Positions 38,834-51,808 of a stretch of 64,000 nt of DNA are shown piece after piece. Position 1 is the stretch's first letter. Each line of letters begins with the position of its first letter. A program made the translations under genes and the position numbers. Below the pieces are notes generated by a model. That model was not told where the DNA came from. It was given only the letters and a program-made list of their open reading frames with translations, and did no database searches. The DNA lies in IMG/VR virus record IMGVR_UViG_3300025389_001063. One strand, given 5' to 3'. Source of the stretch: a virus. Taxonomy: Duplodnaviria > Caudoviricetes.

Positions 38834-39592
38834 ATGAGCCAATTAGACGACGCTAAAACGCAAATCTTTGAATATGTTGACGCCATGTTGGGCGGAGGCA
38901 TGATTGATGTAGAATTAGATCCCAAACATTATGATATAGCATTACAACGTGCTTTTGACAAATACAGACAAAGGGGTGATAGTTCAGTTGAGGAAAGTTA
39001 TATGTTCCTCACACTTCAACCAAATGTCAATAGTTACAAATTACCCAAAGAAGTAATAACTGTTAGAGAATTGTTCCGTAGATCAATAGGTTCAAGAACA
39101 GGTATGGGTGACGGTGGTACACTATTTGAGCCGTTTAATATGGCTTATACTAACACTTACTTACTATCGAGTTCAAATATGGGTGGTATTGCTACTTACG
39201 AAATCTTTGCTCAATATCAAGAGATGGTAGGTAGAATATTTGGTAGTTTTATCAACTATAGATATAACCAATCTACACAAACTCTAATGATTTTACAGCG
39301 CCCAATGGCTGAAGAACAAATTCTACTTTGGACATATAACTATCGTCCAGATTTTATTATCCTCGAAGATATCTATGCCAAACAGTGGATACGTGATTAT
39401 ACACTTGCCAATTGTAAATTAATGATCGGAGAGGCACGTGAAAAATTTGCTCAAATTGCCGGACCACAAGGTGGCTCGAGCCTAAACGGTACAGCAATGA
39501 AAACTGAAGCAAAAGAAATGATGGAAAAACTTGAAGCAGAATTGATGCAACAAGTAACAGGCGGTCAAGGTTACACCTTCATTATAGGATAG
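38834..39592 (+). CDS. gp13: Neck protein, T4 gp13-like
   Basis: LGG..IDVEL, WIRDYTLANCK..IGEAREKF.QIAGPQGG.SLNG motif. Confidence 0.8.
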   Translation: MSQLDDAKTQIFEYVDAMLGGGMIDVELDPKHYDIALQRAFDKYRQRGDSSVEESYMFLTLQPNVNSYKLPKEVITVRELFRRSIGSRTGMGDGGTLFEPFNMAYTNTYLLSSSNMGGIATYEIFAQYQEMVGRIFGSFINYRYNQSTQTLMILQRPMAEEQILLWTYNYRPDFIILEDIYAKQWIRDYTLANCKLMIGEAREKFAQIAGPQGGSSLNGTAMKTEAKEMMEKLEAELMQQVTGGQGYTFIIG

Positions 39593-39604
39593 GAATTTTT
39601 CTAA

Positions 39605-42547
39605 ATGTCAACAACTATACAATTAAGAAGAGATACAGCAGCAAATTGGACATCCTACAATCCAGTTCTTGCGATAGGTGAACTTGGTATCGAAACTGAT
39701 ACACATAAAATTAAAATAGGTGACGGTTCTACTGCTTGGAATAGTTTATCATATAATCTTGGATATGTTTTACCATCAGCAACAACATCAGTATTAGGTG
39801 GTGTTATTATTCCAACTGTTGTTACAAGTGGTATCACTAATTCAAGTGGTACTATCGGTCTTGCTACAGCAAGCACAACACAATTGGGTGGTGTTAAGAT
39901 TGACGGAACAACTATCACAATTAATAATGGAGTTATCAGTAGTGCAGTTGCATATTCATTACCAAATGCAAGCACAACACAATTGGGTGGTGTAATTGTG
40001 CCAGCAGTTGCTACAAGTGGAATTACTAATTCGAGTGGTACTATCGGTCTTGCTACATCATCAACAACACAATTAGGTGGTGTCAAGGTAGATGGTACTA
40101 CAATTACTATAAATGGTAGTGGTGTTATAAGTGCTACGTATACATTACCTACAGCATCAACATTAATACTAGGCGGTGTTAAGATAGATGGTACTACAAT
40201 TACTATAAATGGTAGTGGTGTTATAAGTGCTACATATACATTACCTGCTGCTACAACTTCAGTATTAGGTGGTGTTATTATTCCAGCAGTTGCTACAAGT
40301 GGAATTACTAATTCGAGTGGTACTATCGGTCTTGCTACATCATCAACAACACAATTAGGTGGTGTTATTATTCCAGCAGTTGCTACAAGTGGTATCACCA
40401 ATTCAAGTGGTACTATTGGTCTTGCTACATCATCAACAACACAATTAGGTGGTGTAATTGTGCCAGCAGTTGCTACAAGTGGTATCACCAATTCAAGTGG
40501 TACTATTGGTCTTGCTACATCATCAACAACACAATTAGGTGGTGTTAAGATTGATGGTACTACAATTACTATAAATGGTAGTGGTGTTATAAGTTCTCCT
40601 TATACATATACATTACCTGCTAGTACAACTTCACTATTAGGTGGTGTTATCATTCCAGCAGTTGCTACAAGTGGAATTACTAATTCGAGTGGTACTATCG
40701 GTCTTGCTACATCATCAACAACACAATTAGGTGGTGTTAAGATTGATGGTACTACAATTACTATAAATGGTAGTGGTGTTATAAGTTCTCCTTATACATA
40801 TACATTACCTGCTAGTACAACTTCACTATTAGGTGGTGTTATCATTCCAGCAGTTGCTACAAGTGGAATTACTAATTCGAGTGGTACTATCGGTCTTGCT
40901 ACATCATCAACAACACAATTAGGTGGTGTTAAGATTGATGGTACTACAATTACTATAAATGGTAGTGGTGTTATAAGTGCAACACTACCTGCTAGTACAA
41001 CTTCACTATTAGGTGGTGTTATTATTCCAGCAGTTGCTACAAGTGGTATCACCAATTCAAGTGGTACTATCGGTCTTGCTACATCATCGACAACACAATT
41101 AGGTGGTGTTATAATAGATGGTACTACAATTACTATAAATGGTAGTGGTGTTATATCGGGTTTTAGTCCAGATAAAGCAACTCAAAATGTAATAGTAGGA
41201 TCTGGAGCATTATCTGCTTTAACAACTGGTAGTAATAGTACTTCGGTTGGTTACCAATCATTATATCGTAATACTATAGGTTCTGGAAATTCTTCTTTTG
41301 GATCTCAATCTCTATTTTTTAATTTATCAGGATCAAATAATACAGCAATAGGTTATCAATCACTTTATACTAATACAAATGGTTCTAGCAATGTTGCTGT
41401 TGGATATCAGTCATTATATACTGCTAACGGAACACAATATAATGCCGCAGTTGGTTATCAAGCATTATATTCAGTTGTTACTGGTGATTATAATAATGCA
41501 TTTGGTTATCAAGCACTCTATAATAACACTACTGGAGCAAACAATACTGCGGTAGGTTACCAATCACTATTTTCAAATACTACTGGTTACAATAATATCG
41601 CGATTGGTTATTATGCACTATTTTCAAATACTACTGGTAATTTTAATCATGCAGATGGTTATGCAGCACTTTATAATAATACTACCGGCAGTAATAATGA
41701 AGCATTTGGATATCAAGCACTTTATACTAATACTACCGGTTATGGTAATACAGCTGTTGGTCAAGGATCACTGTATTCAAATACTACTGGATATAATAAT
41801 CATTCGATTGGATACCAAGCACTTTATTCAAATACTTATGGTTATGCTAATCATGCTGATGGTATAGGAGCACTTTATTCAAATACTACAGGTGCTCAAA
41901 ATACTGCAATCGGTTGGCATTCCCTTTTCACAAATCAAACTGGTCAAAATAATGTTGCTGTTGGTTATCAAGCATTAACTGCCGCTAATGGCACACAGTA
42001 TAATTCTGCTTTCGGTTATCAATCACTTTATGCTAATACTACAGGTGATCAAAATACTGCTGTTGGATATAGTGCAGGAAGTAATATAACAACTGGAACT
42101 AATAATACTGTTATAGGTTATAATTCACAAGCAAGTTCCGCTACAGCAACTAACGAAATAACACTAGGTAATTCTAGCATAGCAACACTTCGTTGTCAAG
42201 TAACTACTATTACATCTCTATCTGATATGAGAGATAAAACAAATATTACAAACATCACTTATGGTTTAGATTTTATTAATAAATTAAGACCAGTTCAATT
42301 TGAATGGAATTCTCGTGATGGATCTAAAGTTGGCGTAAAGGACCTTGGTTTTATTGCTCAAGATTTAGATCAACTAGAACAAGATTTTGATTCACAAGAT
42401 TATACTCAATTAGTATACAAAGAAAATCTAGATAGGTTAGAGGCGAATTATATGAGATCTTATCCAATTCTAGTTAAAGCAGTTCAAGAACTTTCTACCG
42501 AAGTTGAGCGTCTAAAAAATATTATTAAGAACATGGGAAACATCTAA
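39605..42547 (+). CDS. Tail fibre: Mtd_N + repeat stalk + YadA/Hep-Hag-like head repeats + peptidase S74 chaperone (980 aa)
   Basis: IQLRRDTAANWTSYNPVLAIGELGIETDT.KIKIGDG; about 20 N.A.GYQAL repeats; SDMRDKTNI....GLDFINKLRPVQFEW and a coiled-coil C-terminus. Confidence 0.85.
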   Translation: MSTTIQLRRDTAANWTSYNPVLAIGELGIETDTHKIKIGDGSTAWNSLSYNLGYVLPSATTSVLGGVIIPTVVTSGITNSSGTIGLATASTTQLGGVKIDGTTITINNGVISSAVAYSLPNASTTQLGGVIVPAVATSGITNSSGTIGLATSSTTQLGGVKVDGTTITINGSGVISATYTLPTASTLILGGVKIDGTTITINGSGVISATYTLPAATTSVLGGVIIPAVATSGITNSSGTIGLATSSTTQLGGVIIPAVATSGITNSSGTIGLATSSTTQLGGVIVPAVATSGITNSSGTIGLATSSTTQLGGVKIDGTTITINGSGVISSPYTYTLPASTTSLLGGVIIPAVATSGITNSSGTIGLATSSTTQLGGVKIDGTTITINGSGVISSPYTYTLPASTTSLLGGVIIPAVATSGITNSSGTIGLATSSTTQLGGVKIDGTTITINGSGVISATLPASTTSLLGGVIIPAVATSGITNSSGTIGLATSSTTQLGGVIIDGTTITINGSGVISGFSPDKATQNVIVGSGALSALTTGSNSTSVGYQSLYRNTIGSGNSSFGSQSLFFNLSGSNNTAIGYQSLYTNTNGSSNVAVGYQSLYTANGTQYNAAVGYQALYSVVTGDYNNAFGYQALYNNTTGANNTAVGYQSLFSNTTGYNNIAIGYYALFSNTTGNFNHADGYAALYNNTTGSNNEAFGYQALYTNTTGYGNTAVGQGSLYSNTTGYNNHSIGYQALYSNTYGYANHADGIGALYSNTTGAQNTAIGWHSLFTNQTGQNNVAVGYQALTAANGTQYNSAFGYQSLYANTTGDQNTAVGYSAGSNITTGTNNTVIGYNSQASSATATNEITLGNSSIATLRCQVTTITSLSDMRDKTNITNITYGLDFINKLRPVQFEWNSRDGSKVGVKDLGFIAQDLDQLEQDFDSQDYTQLVYKENLDRLEANYMRSYPILVKAVQELSTEVERLKNIIKNMGNI
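39766..41160 (+). repeat. Tandem stalk repeats (28-aa and ~30-aa units) including a perfect 192-nt duplication
   Basis: Units TTQLGGVIIPAVATSGITNSSGTIGLA and [23 protein letters not shown]; 40595..40786 is repeated at 40787..40978. Confidence 0.9.
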
Positions 42548-42575
42548 ATATCCTATTAGTTTAAAGGAAATAAAG

Positions 42576-43229
42576 ATGAGAACTGTTATGATTGCTGCTC
42601 CTTCCCACGACGGCAAAGTTAATGTATGGCATGCTTCTGCTTTAAGTGAAACTTGTAAAATTGGCTTAACAAAAGATATTAATGTAGTGGCAATTTATAT
42701 GTCATTTGATTCTCTAGTTCAAAGAGCAAGAAATGATATTTTTAAATTAGCAGTTGAAACTAATGTTGATGATTTAGTTTTTATTGATTGTGATCAAGAT
42801 TGGGATCCAAATGATTTCTTTAAATTATTAAATTATGATGTAGAAATAGTTGCTGCTCCAGTACCTAAAAAAGATGACATTCCTCAATATAATGTAAAAT
42901 TATTGGGAGAATATAAGGTTTTAGATAACGGACTTGTTGAAGTTGACGGAATAGGTACTGGGATGATGCGTATTCGTAAAGATGCACTTCAAAAAATTTG
43001 GGAAATAAGCGAAGAATATAAAGAAATACATAAGGAAACACCGTCTAGAATGGTATTTGATGTTAAGGTTGTTGACGGAGAACTTTGGTCTGAGGATATT
43101 ATTTTTTGTAATAAATGGACAAAATTGGGTGGTAAAATTTACATAGATCCAAGTATAAATTGTGGACACTCTGGAGAAAAAAGATGGGTTGGCAATTTTA
43201 GTGAATGGATAAAACTAATTAAAAGGTAA
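42576..43229 (+). CDS. GT-A fold glycosyltransferase-like protein (217 aa)
   Basis: VMIAAPS, S.VQRARN, LVFIDCD (DxD), G.G.M.I.K, SEDI.FC..W...GGKIYID..I.CGH.G. Confidence 0.8.
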   Translation: MRTVMIAAPSHDGKVNVWHASALSETCKIGLTKDINVVAIYMSFDSLVQRARNDIFKLAVETNVDDLVFIDCDQDWDPNDFFKLLNYDVEIVAAPVPKKDDIPQYNVKLLGEYKVLDNGLVEVDGIGTGMMRIRKDALQKIWEISEEYKEIHKETPSRMVFDVKVVDGELWSEDIIFCNKWTKLGGKIYIDPSINCGHSGEKRWVGNFSEWIKLIKR

Positions 43230-43251
43230 TATCTATCTTTAATTAATTAAG

Positions 43252-43259
43252 GATAAATA
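43252..43259 (+). promoter_or_regulatory. T4-late-type promoter motif GATAAATA
   Basis: 5 nt before ATG 43265. Confidence 0.6.
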
Positions 43260-43264
43260 TTGAA

Positions 43265-45505
<2,241 letters not shown>

Positions 45506-45514
45506 GAGTTGTAA

Positions 45515-46495
45515 ATGCCAAGTATTATAACAACAGGAACAATGTCAGCAAAGGCATTTGGGTTTGCTGCTAATCTTTTTAAACTTATTCCTAGTGTCTA
45601 TACGGCTAATGGTGGTAACGATACCTTATCCAAGATTACTGCTGCTGGTACGGTTACCCAAGCATGGGCCACATTGGCTAGTGGTGCTAGTCCGGATGCA
45701 ATAGCAATAGATAGTTCTGGTAACATCTACACAGCTAATTATGGTCATGGTATTGATACTGTATCCAAGATTACTGCTGCTGGTACGGTTACCCAAGCAT
45801 GGGCCACATTGGCTAGTGGTGCTAGTCCAGTTGGAATAGCAATAGATAGTTCTGGTAATGTTTATACGGCTAATGGTGGTAACAATACTATATCCAAAAT
45901 TACACCTGGTGGTACGGTTACCCAGGCATGGGCTACATTGGCTAGTGATGCTAATCTACAAGGAATAGCAATAGATAGTTCCGGTAATGTTTATACGACT
46001 AATTATAATAACAATACCGTGTCTAAGATTACATCATCTGGTACGGTTACTCAAGCATGGGCTACATTGGCTAGTGGTGCTAATCCAGTTGGAATAGCAA
46101 TAGATAGTTCTGGTAATGTTTATACGACTAATAATGGTAACTATACTGTATCCAAGATTACACCTGCTGGTGCAGTTACCCAAGCATGGGCCACGTTGGC
46201 TACTGATGCTGCTCCATATGGAATAGCAGTAGATAGTTCTGGTAATGTTTATACTGCTAATGTAGGTCTTGATACTGTATCCAAGATTACTCCTGCTGGT
46301 GCAGTTACCCAGGCATGGGCAACATTGGCTACTGGTGCTTATCCACAAGGAATAGCAATAGATAGTTCTGGTAATGTTTACACGACTAATGTAGGTCTTG
46401 ATACTGTATCCAAGATTACTCCTGCTGGTGCAGTTACCCAGGCATGGGCAACATTGGCTACTGGTGCTAGTCCATATGCAATAGCAATACACTAA
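45515..46495 (+). CDS. Seven-bladed NHL/Vgb-like beta-propeller protein (326 aa)
   Basis: Seven ~43-aa repeats VYT.N...TVSKIT..G.VTQAWATLA..A.P.GIAIDSSGN; N-terminal MPSIITTGTMSAKAFGF peptide. Confidence 0.85.
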   Translation: MPSIITTGTMSAKAFGFAANLFKLIPSVYTANGGNDTLSKITAAGTVTQAWATLASGASPDAIAIDSSGNIYTANYGHGIDTVSKITAAGTVTQAWATLASGASPVGIAIDSSGNVYTANGGNNTISKITPGGTVTQAWATLASDANLQGIAIDSSGNVYTTNYNNNTVSKITSSGTVTQAWATLASGANPVGIAIDSSGNVYTTNNGNYTVSKITPAGAVTQAWATLATDAAPYGIAVDSSGNVYTANVGLDTVSKITPAGAVTQAWATLATGAYPQGIAIDSSGNVYTTNVGLDTVSKITPAGAVTQAWATLATGASPYAIAIH

Positions 46496-46535
46496 AATAA
46501 ATATTACTTGAAAAACTCAGTCTAGGAACAGAATA

Positions 46536-47054
46536 ATGGTCGATATTAAAACAATATTAAAAAGTGGAACAGTTGTGGGGCCAACCGGACCAACTGGACC
46601 GGCTAGCGGACCTACTGGACCTACAGGATGGACTGGACCTAGTGTAACTGGACCAACTGGAGCAGCAAGTACAGTTACTGGACCTACAGGATGGACTGGA
46701 CCTACAGGATGGACTGGACCTGGTATAACTGGACCAACTGGTCCAGTAACTACCACTGTTCCAATTGTAGCAGTTTCTGCTTTAAACATCGATTGTTCAA
46801 CTGGTAGTTATTTTACTAAAACTATTGCCTCTGATAGTACTTTTACTTTTTCTAATGCACCGTCGAGTGTTGCATATTCGTTTACTCTAGAACTGACTCA
46901 TAATTCGGGAAATATTACATGGCCTACTTCGGTTGTTTGGCCAGGAAGTTCATCACCACAATTAACAACAGGAAAAATACATCTTTTTATGTTTGTTACT
47001 TCAAATTCTGGAACAATTTGGAGAGCATCATCATTAATAAACTATGCAAGTTAA
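46536..47054 (+). CDS. Short collagen-like fibre protein with tip domain (172 aa)
   Basis: GPT/GWT triplets followed by [12 protein letters not shown].....TFTFSNAP...YSFTLEL....ITWP..V.WP. Confidence 0.8.
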   Translation: MVDIKTILKSGTVVGPTGPTGPASGPTGPTGWTGPSVTGPTGAASTVTGPTGWTGPTGWTGPGITGPTGPVTTTVPIVAVSALNIDCSTGSYFTKTIASDSTFTFSNAPSSVAYSFTLELTHNSGNITWPTSVVWPGSSSPQLTTGKIHLFMFVTSNSGTIWRASSLINYAS

Positions 47055-47064
47055 AGGTAGATAG

Positions 47065-48924
47065 ATGGATATTGTTTCTAAAAGATTGTTAAATTCTACT
47101 GGATCTCCTGCAGAATATTGGACTTATATTGGATCAACATCAAGCGGTGGAATAATAGCATCAGTTCCTTTTACAATAAATTTTCCAACTGGAACTCGAT
47201 CAGGTGATACTGTAGTTTTAATTGAAATGTGTAATGCTCAAAGTGTTCCCCTAAACTCTGGATGGTCTAACGCAGTTTCTCCTTGGGTTGATGTTTTAGT
47301 TAATATTTCTTCTTCTTCAAATCATTATGTATCAGTAAAAGTATTACCAACAGTAACATCACAAACATCAATTACATATAGTGATACTTCTACTCCAGCA
47401 GGATGTGTTTTTATGTATACGTTTAGGCCTTTTAACTTTAATCCTTCTAACTATACAACTATACCATTAATTAACGACATATCAACTTATACTCTTTCTG
47501 GTTACTCTAATTCTCCTCAACAACCTACTTTAGTAACAAATAGCAATCAAAATTATATTATAACATTTGCATCTGGTAGCGAAACTGGTAATCTTAACAC
47601 AACAGGACCTGGAGTATTTTCAAACAATCTTAATATAACTGATTCTACAAATAATGGAGAATATGCTACATCTATAACCTTACAAAAATATTCAGGTACA
47701 ATCTCACCTGGAAATCTTACAAATGGACAAATTCTTTTCCCAATTTTAGGAACTATATCACTAAGGGCAGGAAAAAATGTATTAGGGAGTAGTGTTCAAT
47801 TTTCTGCATCTAATGTTTATTTAGGAGGATTGATTACACAAAGTTCTACAATTACCATATACACAGAATCCTCTGATCCTATTAATATTACTATAAGTGG
47901 TGGCAATAATTCTCAGTTTCAAATTAACGGAGGATCGTGGGTTACATCGGGAAAAATTACTAATGGAAGTACATTAACATTACAACAAACATCAGTAACT
48001 GGAACTTTAGGAACAACAGTGAGCTCAACAGCTACAGTAACAATAGGATCGATTAGTAGTAATTGGACTTTAAATACCGTTAGAGGAATTGTTCTCAAAG
48101 GAACTACTACTGCTGATGTAAGTCAAACTATAGTTGTACCTACTGGACTAACATCTATGTCTGTTGTCGGAACAGGAGGTGGTGGTGGTGGTGGCGCTCC
48201 GGAAGGTGCTAGTCCATTTTATAGTGGCGGCGGCGGCGGAGGTGGTGCAATGTCTATTACACCGTCACTTTCTGTTTCGGCAGGGCAAACTTTAGTTATA
48301 ACAGCCGGTAGAGGTGGTAGTAATGCAGGTAGCGTTAAGGCAGCAGGCGGTAATGGTGGCAATAGCACAATCGTTATTAATGGAACAACTGTTTGGAAAG
48401 CTGAAGGAGGAAAAGGCGGAGCCGGCGGAAATAGTCTTAATCCTGTTGGAACTGGTCTAGGAGGTGTTGGAGGTGCCGCAGCTAATTCTATAGGAACTAC
48501 AACAAATTCTGGCGGTAACGGCGGCTACGGCGGAAACGGTAGACCATGGAATAGTGGTAGCAATGTTGGAGGCGGTGGAGCAGGCGGGTATACTGGTGCT
48601 GGTGGAGCAGGCGGAAACCAGTTAGTATATACAGGACAACCTAGTAACATTATACAACCTGGATCAGCAGGCTCTGGGGGTGCTGCAGGAGGTGGAGCAG
48701 GATCAGCTCAAGCAGGATGCGGAGGCGGCGGCACAGGAGTTAGCGGTGCCGGTGCTAGTGGATCTGGGTCAACTGGAACTTATAGTCCTAACAATGTAGG
48801 TTCTCCAGACGCATATGCTACATCTGGTGGTAGTTATGCAGGAGGAACATCTGGCGGCGGAGGCTGCGGCAATAATCTTGCATCAAATTATGGTGGTCCA
48901 GGTGTTGTTAGATTAGTGTGGTAA
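47065..48924 (+). CDS. Receptor-binding/tail fibre protein with Gly-rich C-terminal domain (619 aa)
   Basis: VP.G.TSMSVVG.GGGGGG..GGGGG and GG.GG..G..RLVW glycine-rich phage domain. Confidence 0.7.
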   Translation: MDIVSKRLLNSTGSPAEYWTYIGSTSSGGIIASVPFTINFPTGTRSGDTVVLIEMCNAQSVPLNSGWSNAVSPWVDVLVNISSSSNHYVSVKVLPTVTSQTSITYSDTSTPAGCVFMYTFRPFNFNPSNYTTIPLINDISTYTLSGYSNSPQQPTLVTNSNQNYIITFASGSETGNLNTTGPGVFSNNLNITDSTNNGEYATSITLQKYSGTISPGNLTNGQILFPILGTISLRAGKNVLGSSVQFSASNVYLGGLITQSSTITIYTESSDPINITISGGNNSQFQINGGSWVTSGKITNGSTLTLQQTSVTGTLGTTVSSTATVTIGSISSNWTLNTVRGIVLKGTTTADVSQTIVVPTGLTSMSVVGTGGGGGGGAPEGASPFYSGGGGGGGAMSITPSLSVSAGQTLVITAGRGGSNAGSVKAAGGNGGNSTIVINGTTVWKAEGGKGGAGGNSLNPVGTGLGGVGGAAANSIGTTTNSGGNGGYGGNGRPWNSGSNVGGGGAGGYTGAGGAGGNQLVYTGQPSNIIQPGSAGSGGAAGGGAGSAQAGCGGGGTGVSGAGASGSGSTGTYSPNNVGSPDAYATSGGSYAGGTSGGGGCGNNLASNYGGPGVVRLVW

Positions 48925-48937
48925 AAGGAAAAATATT

Positions 48938-49546
48938 ATGTATGCTAAAATTATAAACAATAAGGTAGTTGAATATCCAATTACAGAAGAACAAATTATA
49001 GAAGAATTTCCAAATACATCATTTTCTTCTCCGTTTATTCCTATTGATCCATATGTTCAAGTTTGGCCGACTGTTCCTAATAGCGTTCCGTATGATAAAA
49101 ATGTGATAGAATCTATACCAGTTTATGATAATAATAAATGGGTGCAATCTTGGATCATTACTGATATGTCTGACGAAACAAAATCTATTAAATTGGATCA
49201 GATTAAAAAACAGAAGATTTTAGAACTTGCTAGTATTAGAAGGTCAAAAGAATATAACGGTAAAGTTGTAGTTGATAATCACGGATACTATACAGACTCA
49301 AATAGTCAAAGTAAATATATTAGTGCTATAATTTCTTTACAAAATAACTCAGAGTTGAATATTAATTGGAAAACCGCTGAGGGAGATTTTGTTCCTCTAT
49401 CTTTAGAAGATCTCATCAAAATTAATAACGCTGTAAGAGAGTTTATTCAACGTCTTTTTGATGTTGAATTTACATTATCTAATAAAATTAACAGTTTAAC
49501 AGACGGCGACATGATTAATAAAATTGACCTAGAATCTAACTGGTAA
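48938..49546 (+). CDS. Tail fibre assembly chaperone-like protein (DUF4376-like C-terminus)
   Basis: YP........PNTSF N-terminus; K..I..LA..R...E..G......Y.TD..SQ......INWKT.EG.FV.L...DL pattern. Confidence 0.65.
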   Translation: MYAKIINNKVVEYPITEEQIIEEFPNTSFSSPFIPIDPYVQVWPTVPNSVPYDKNVIESIPVYDNNKWVQSWIITDMSDETKSIKLDQIKKQKILELASIRRSKEYNGKVVVDNHGYYTDSNSQSKYISAIISLQNNSELNINWKTAEGDFVPLSLEDLIKINNAVREFIQRLFDVEFTLSNKINSLTDGDMINKIDLESNW

Positions 49547-49615
49547 TTCTCCACCTAACAAAACCTCATTCTAATAAATTAAATAAACTAAATATACATA
49601 ATCAGGACTACAAAA

Positions 49616-51766
49616 ATGTCAACAACTATAAGACTTAGAAGAGATACATCAACAAGTTGGAGTACTAATAATCCAATTCTTGCCCTAGGCGAACCAGGAA
49701 TAGAAATCGATACTCATAGAATTAAGATAGGTGATGGTGTAACTCATTGGAATGATTTATTATATATTATTGACTATCTTTTGCCGCCAGCAACTACAGT
49801 ACAACAGGGTGGTGTTATTATTCCAGCAGTTGCTACAAGTGGTATTACTAATTCAAATGGTACTATTGGTCTTGCTACAGCAAGCACAACACAACTCGGT
49901 GGTGTTATTGTTCCAGCAGTTGCTACAAGTGGTATTACTAATTCAAATGGTACTATTAGTCTTGCTGTAGCATCAACAACACAACTTGGTGGTGTTATTG
50001 TTCCAGCAGTCGCTACAAGCGGTATTACCAATTCAAATGGTACTATTGGTCTTGCTATAGCATCAACAACACAACTTGGTGGTGTTCAAGTAGATAACTC
50101 AACTATCACAATTAATAATGGTATTATTAGTGCAGTACAATATTCATTACCACCAGCGGTTACATTTACACAAATTACTAGAAGTGGAAATGCATCAGCA
50201 ACAGCATGGACTACAAGCGGTATCGGAATAAAATCATCATCGTCAATATTTACTGATACATCTAGTACTAGTACTGTACCTATAACAGCAATTAATGCAT
50301 TTTCTCAACATACATTAGCATCTACAAACACAATAACAGTAACAGATGCTGCTACTCTTTATATTGCAGGTGGTCCTATTGCTGGAACTAATACAACTAT
50401 TACAAATAATGATGCTCTTTATGTAGCAGCAGGAACTACTAAGTTATTAGGTCCTGTATCTATAACTGGATCTAATGTAAGTACAACTATTAGTCCATCG
50501 GGAACAGGTAATGTTAACATTAGTCCATCGGGAACAGGTAATGTTACTATCAGTTCTTCAGGAACAGGAATAGTGTCAATTAATTCCAACTCTGTTGGTA
50601 CAATAGATAATATGACTATCGGTGGTACAACTCAGGCCACTGGATCTTTTACAAAAATAACAACACCTCAATTTGTTAGATCTGGTAGTCTTTCAGCACC
50701 AGCATGGACTACAAGCGGTGTTGCTCACCAATCTGTTTCAGGATCAACATTTACGGATACTTCAAGTACAGGTACTGTAGCAATTTCGGCAATTAATGGA
50801 TTTAATACACAAACACTAGCATCTACCAATACAATAACTGTTACTGATGCTGCTACCATTTATATCGGTGGTGCTCCTAGTGCTGGAACTAACACTACAA
50901 TCACTAATAGAAATTCTCTCTATGTAGCAAGTGGTATATCAAGATTTTTAGGTGCTGTAACTATTAATGGATCTAACGTAAATACAACCATTTCACCAAC
51001 AGGTACAGGTACAGTTACAATAAATCCAGCAACATTAAGTTCAATGGACAATGTTACAATTGGTGCTAATACTGCTGCCGGTGGAGCATTTACAACATTA
51101 ACAACATCTACAACTATTTCTTCAACTGATAATAGTACTCAGGCGGCAACAACATCATTTGTTAGAAATCAAGGAGGATTTAAACAGGTTTCTGTAATTA
51201 CTGCAAACGGAACTTGGACTATACCAACAGGTATTACAAAGGCCAAATTTACAGTTATTGGCGGCGGCGCAGGTGGCGGCGGCGCGGCCTCTAATGCTGG
51301 AAGCGGAGGTGGAGCAGGTGCAGTTGCTATTAAATGGTTAACAGGATTAACTCCAGGTAATACAATTACAGTTACAGTTGGTGGAGTTGCATCAGCAACA
51401 TCTATAGCAAGTGGTACACAGACTATCTCTACAGTCACAGCAGGTGCTGGCACACTAGGTACAACAACTGTTTATAGTAGCGCAGGTAGTGTAGCAGCAG
51501 GTGGTGCTGGTGGTACTGCATCTGGAGGAGATATTAACTTCTCTGGTGGAGCAGGGGGGCAAGCAATATCAACATCTACTACAATCACTGGAGCAATCTC
51601 CGGTGCAGGCGGAAGTACTGTTGGGTGGGGTGTTGGCGGAACTAGCGTAGGTGCTGCTACAAGTGCAGGTGTTGCTGGCAATGGATATGGTGCAGGCGGT
51701 AGCGGTTCTATTAATAGTACCAGTCCAGGCGTTGGAGTTACGGGCGCTATTATAATCGAATACTAA
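49616..51766 (+). CDS. Tail fibre: Mtd_N + repeat stalk + Gly-rich C-terminal domain (716 aa)
   Basis: Mtd_N start nearly identical to 43265; PAVATSGITNSNGT repeats as in 39605; GTWTIPTGITKAKFTVIGGGAGGGG and GAIIIEY end. Confidence 0.85.
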   Translation: MSTTIRLRRDTSTSWSTNNPILALGEPGIEIDTHRIKIGDGVTHWNDLLYIIDYLLPPATTVQQGGVIIPAVATSGITNSNGTIGLATASTTQLGGVIVPAVATSGITNSNGTISLAVASTTQLGGVIVPAVATSGITNSNGTIGLAIASTTQLGGVQVDNSTITINNGIISAVQYSLPPAVTFTQITRSGNASATAWTTSGIGIKSSSSIFTDTSSTSTVPITAINAFSQHTLASTNTITVTDAATLYIAGGPIAGTNTTITNNDALYVAAGTTKLLGPVSITGSNVSTTISPSGTGNVNISPSGTGNVTISSSGTGIVSINSNSVGTIDNMTIGGTTQATGSFTKITTPQFVRSGSLSAPAWTTSGVAHQSVSGSTFTDTSSTGTVAISAINGFNTQTLASTNTITVTDAATIYIGGAPSAGTNTTITNRNSLYVASGISRFLGAVTINGSNVNTTISPTGTGTVTINPATLSSMDNVTIGANTAAGGAFTTLTTSTTISSTDNSTQAATTSFVRNQGGFKQVSVITANGTWTIPTGITKAKFTVIGGGAGGGGAASNAGSGGGAGAVAIKWLTGLTPGNTITVTVGGVASATSIASGTQTISTVTAGAGTLGTTTVYSSAGSVAAGGAGGTASGGDINFSGGAGGQAISTSTTITGAISGAGGSTVGWGVGGTSVGAATSAGVAGNGYGAGGSGSINSTSPGVGVTGAIIIEY

Positions 51767-51774
51767 TATTTAGA

Positions 51775-51803
51775 TTGACAAGAATCATTTTTTAATGTAA
51801 ATT
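51775..51803 (+). promoter_or_regulatory. Sigma70-type promoter for the dNMP kinase gene
   Basis: TTGACA-N17-TAAATT, ending 5 nt before ATG 51809. Confidence 0.5.
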
Positions 51804-51808
51804 TTAGT

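Noticed and set aside
48170-48924. Local GC rise suggesting foreign DNA
   Set aside because: Explained by glycine-rich coding (GGN codons); a similar rise occurs at 51250-51760.
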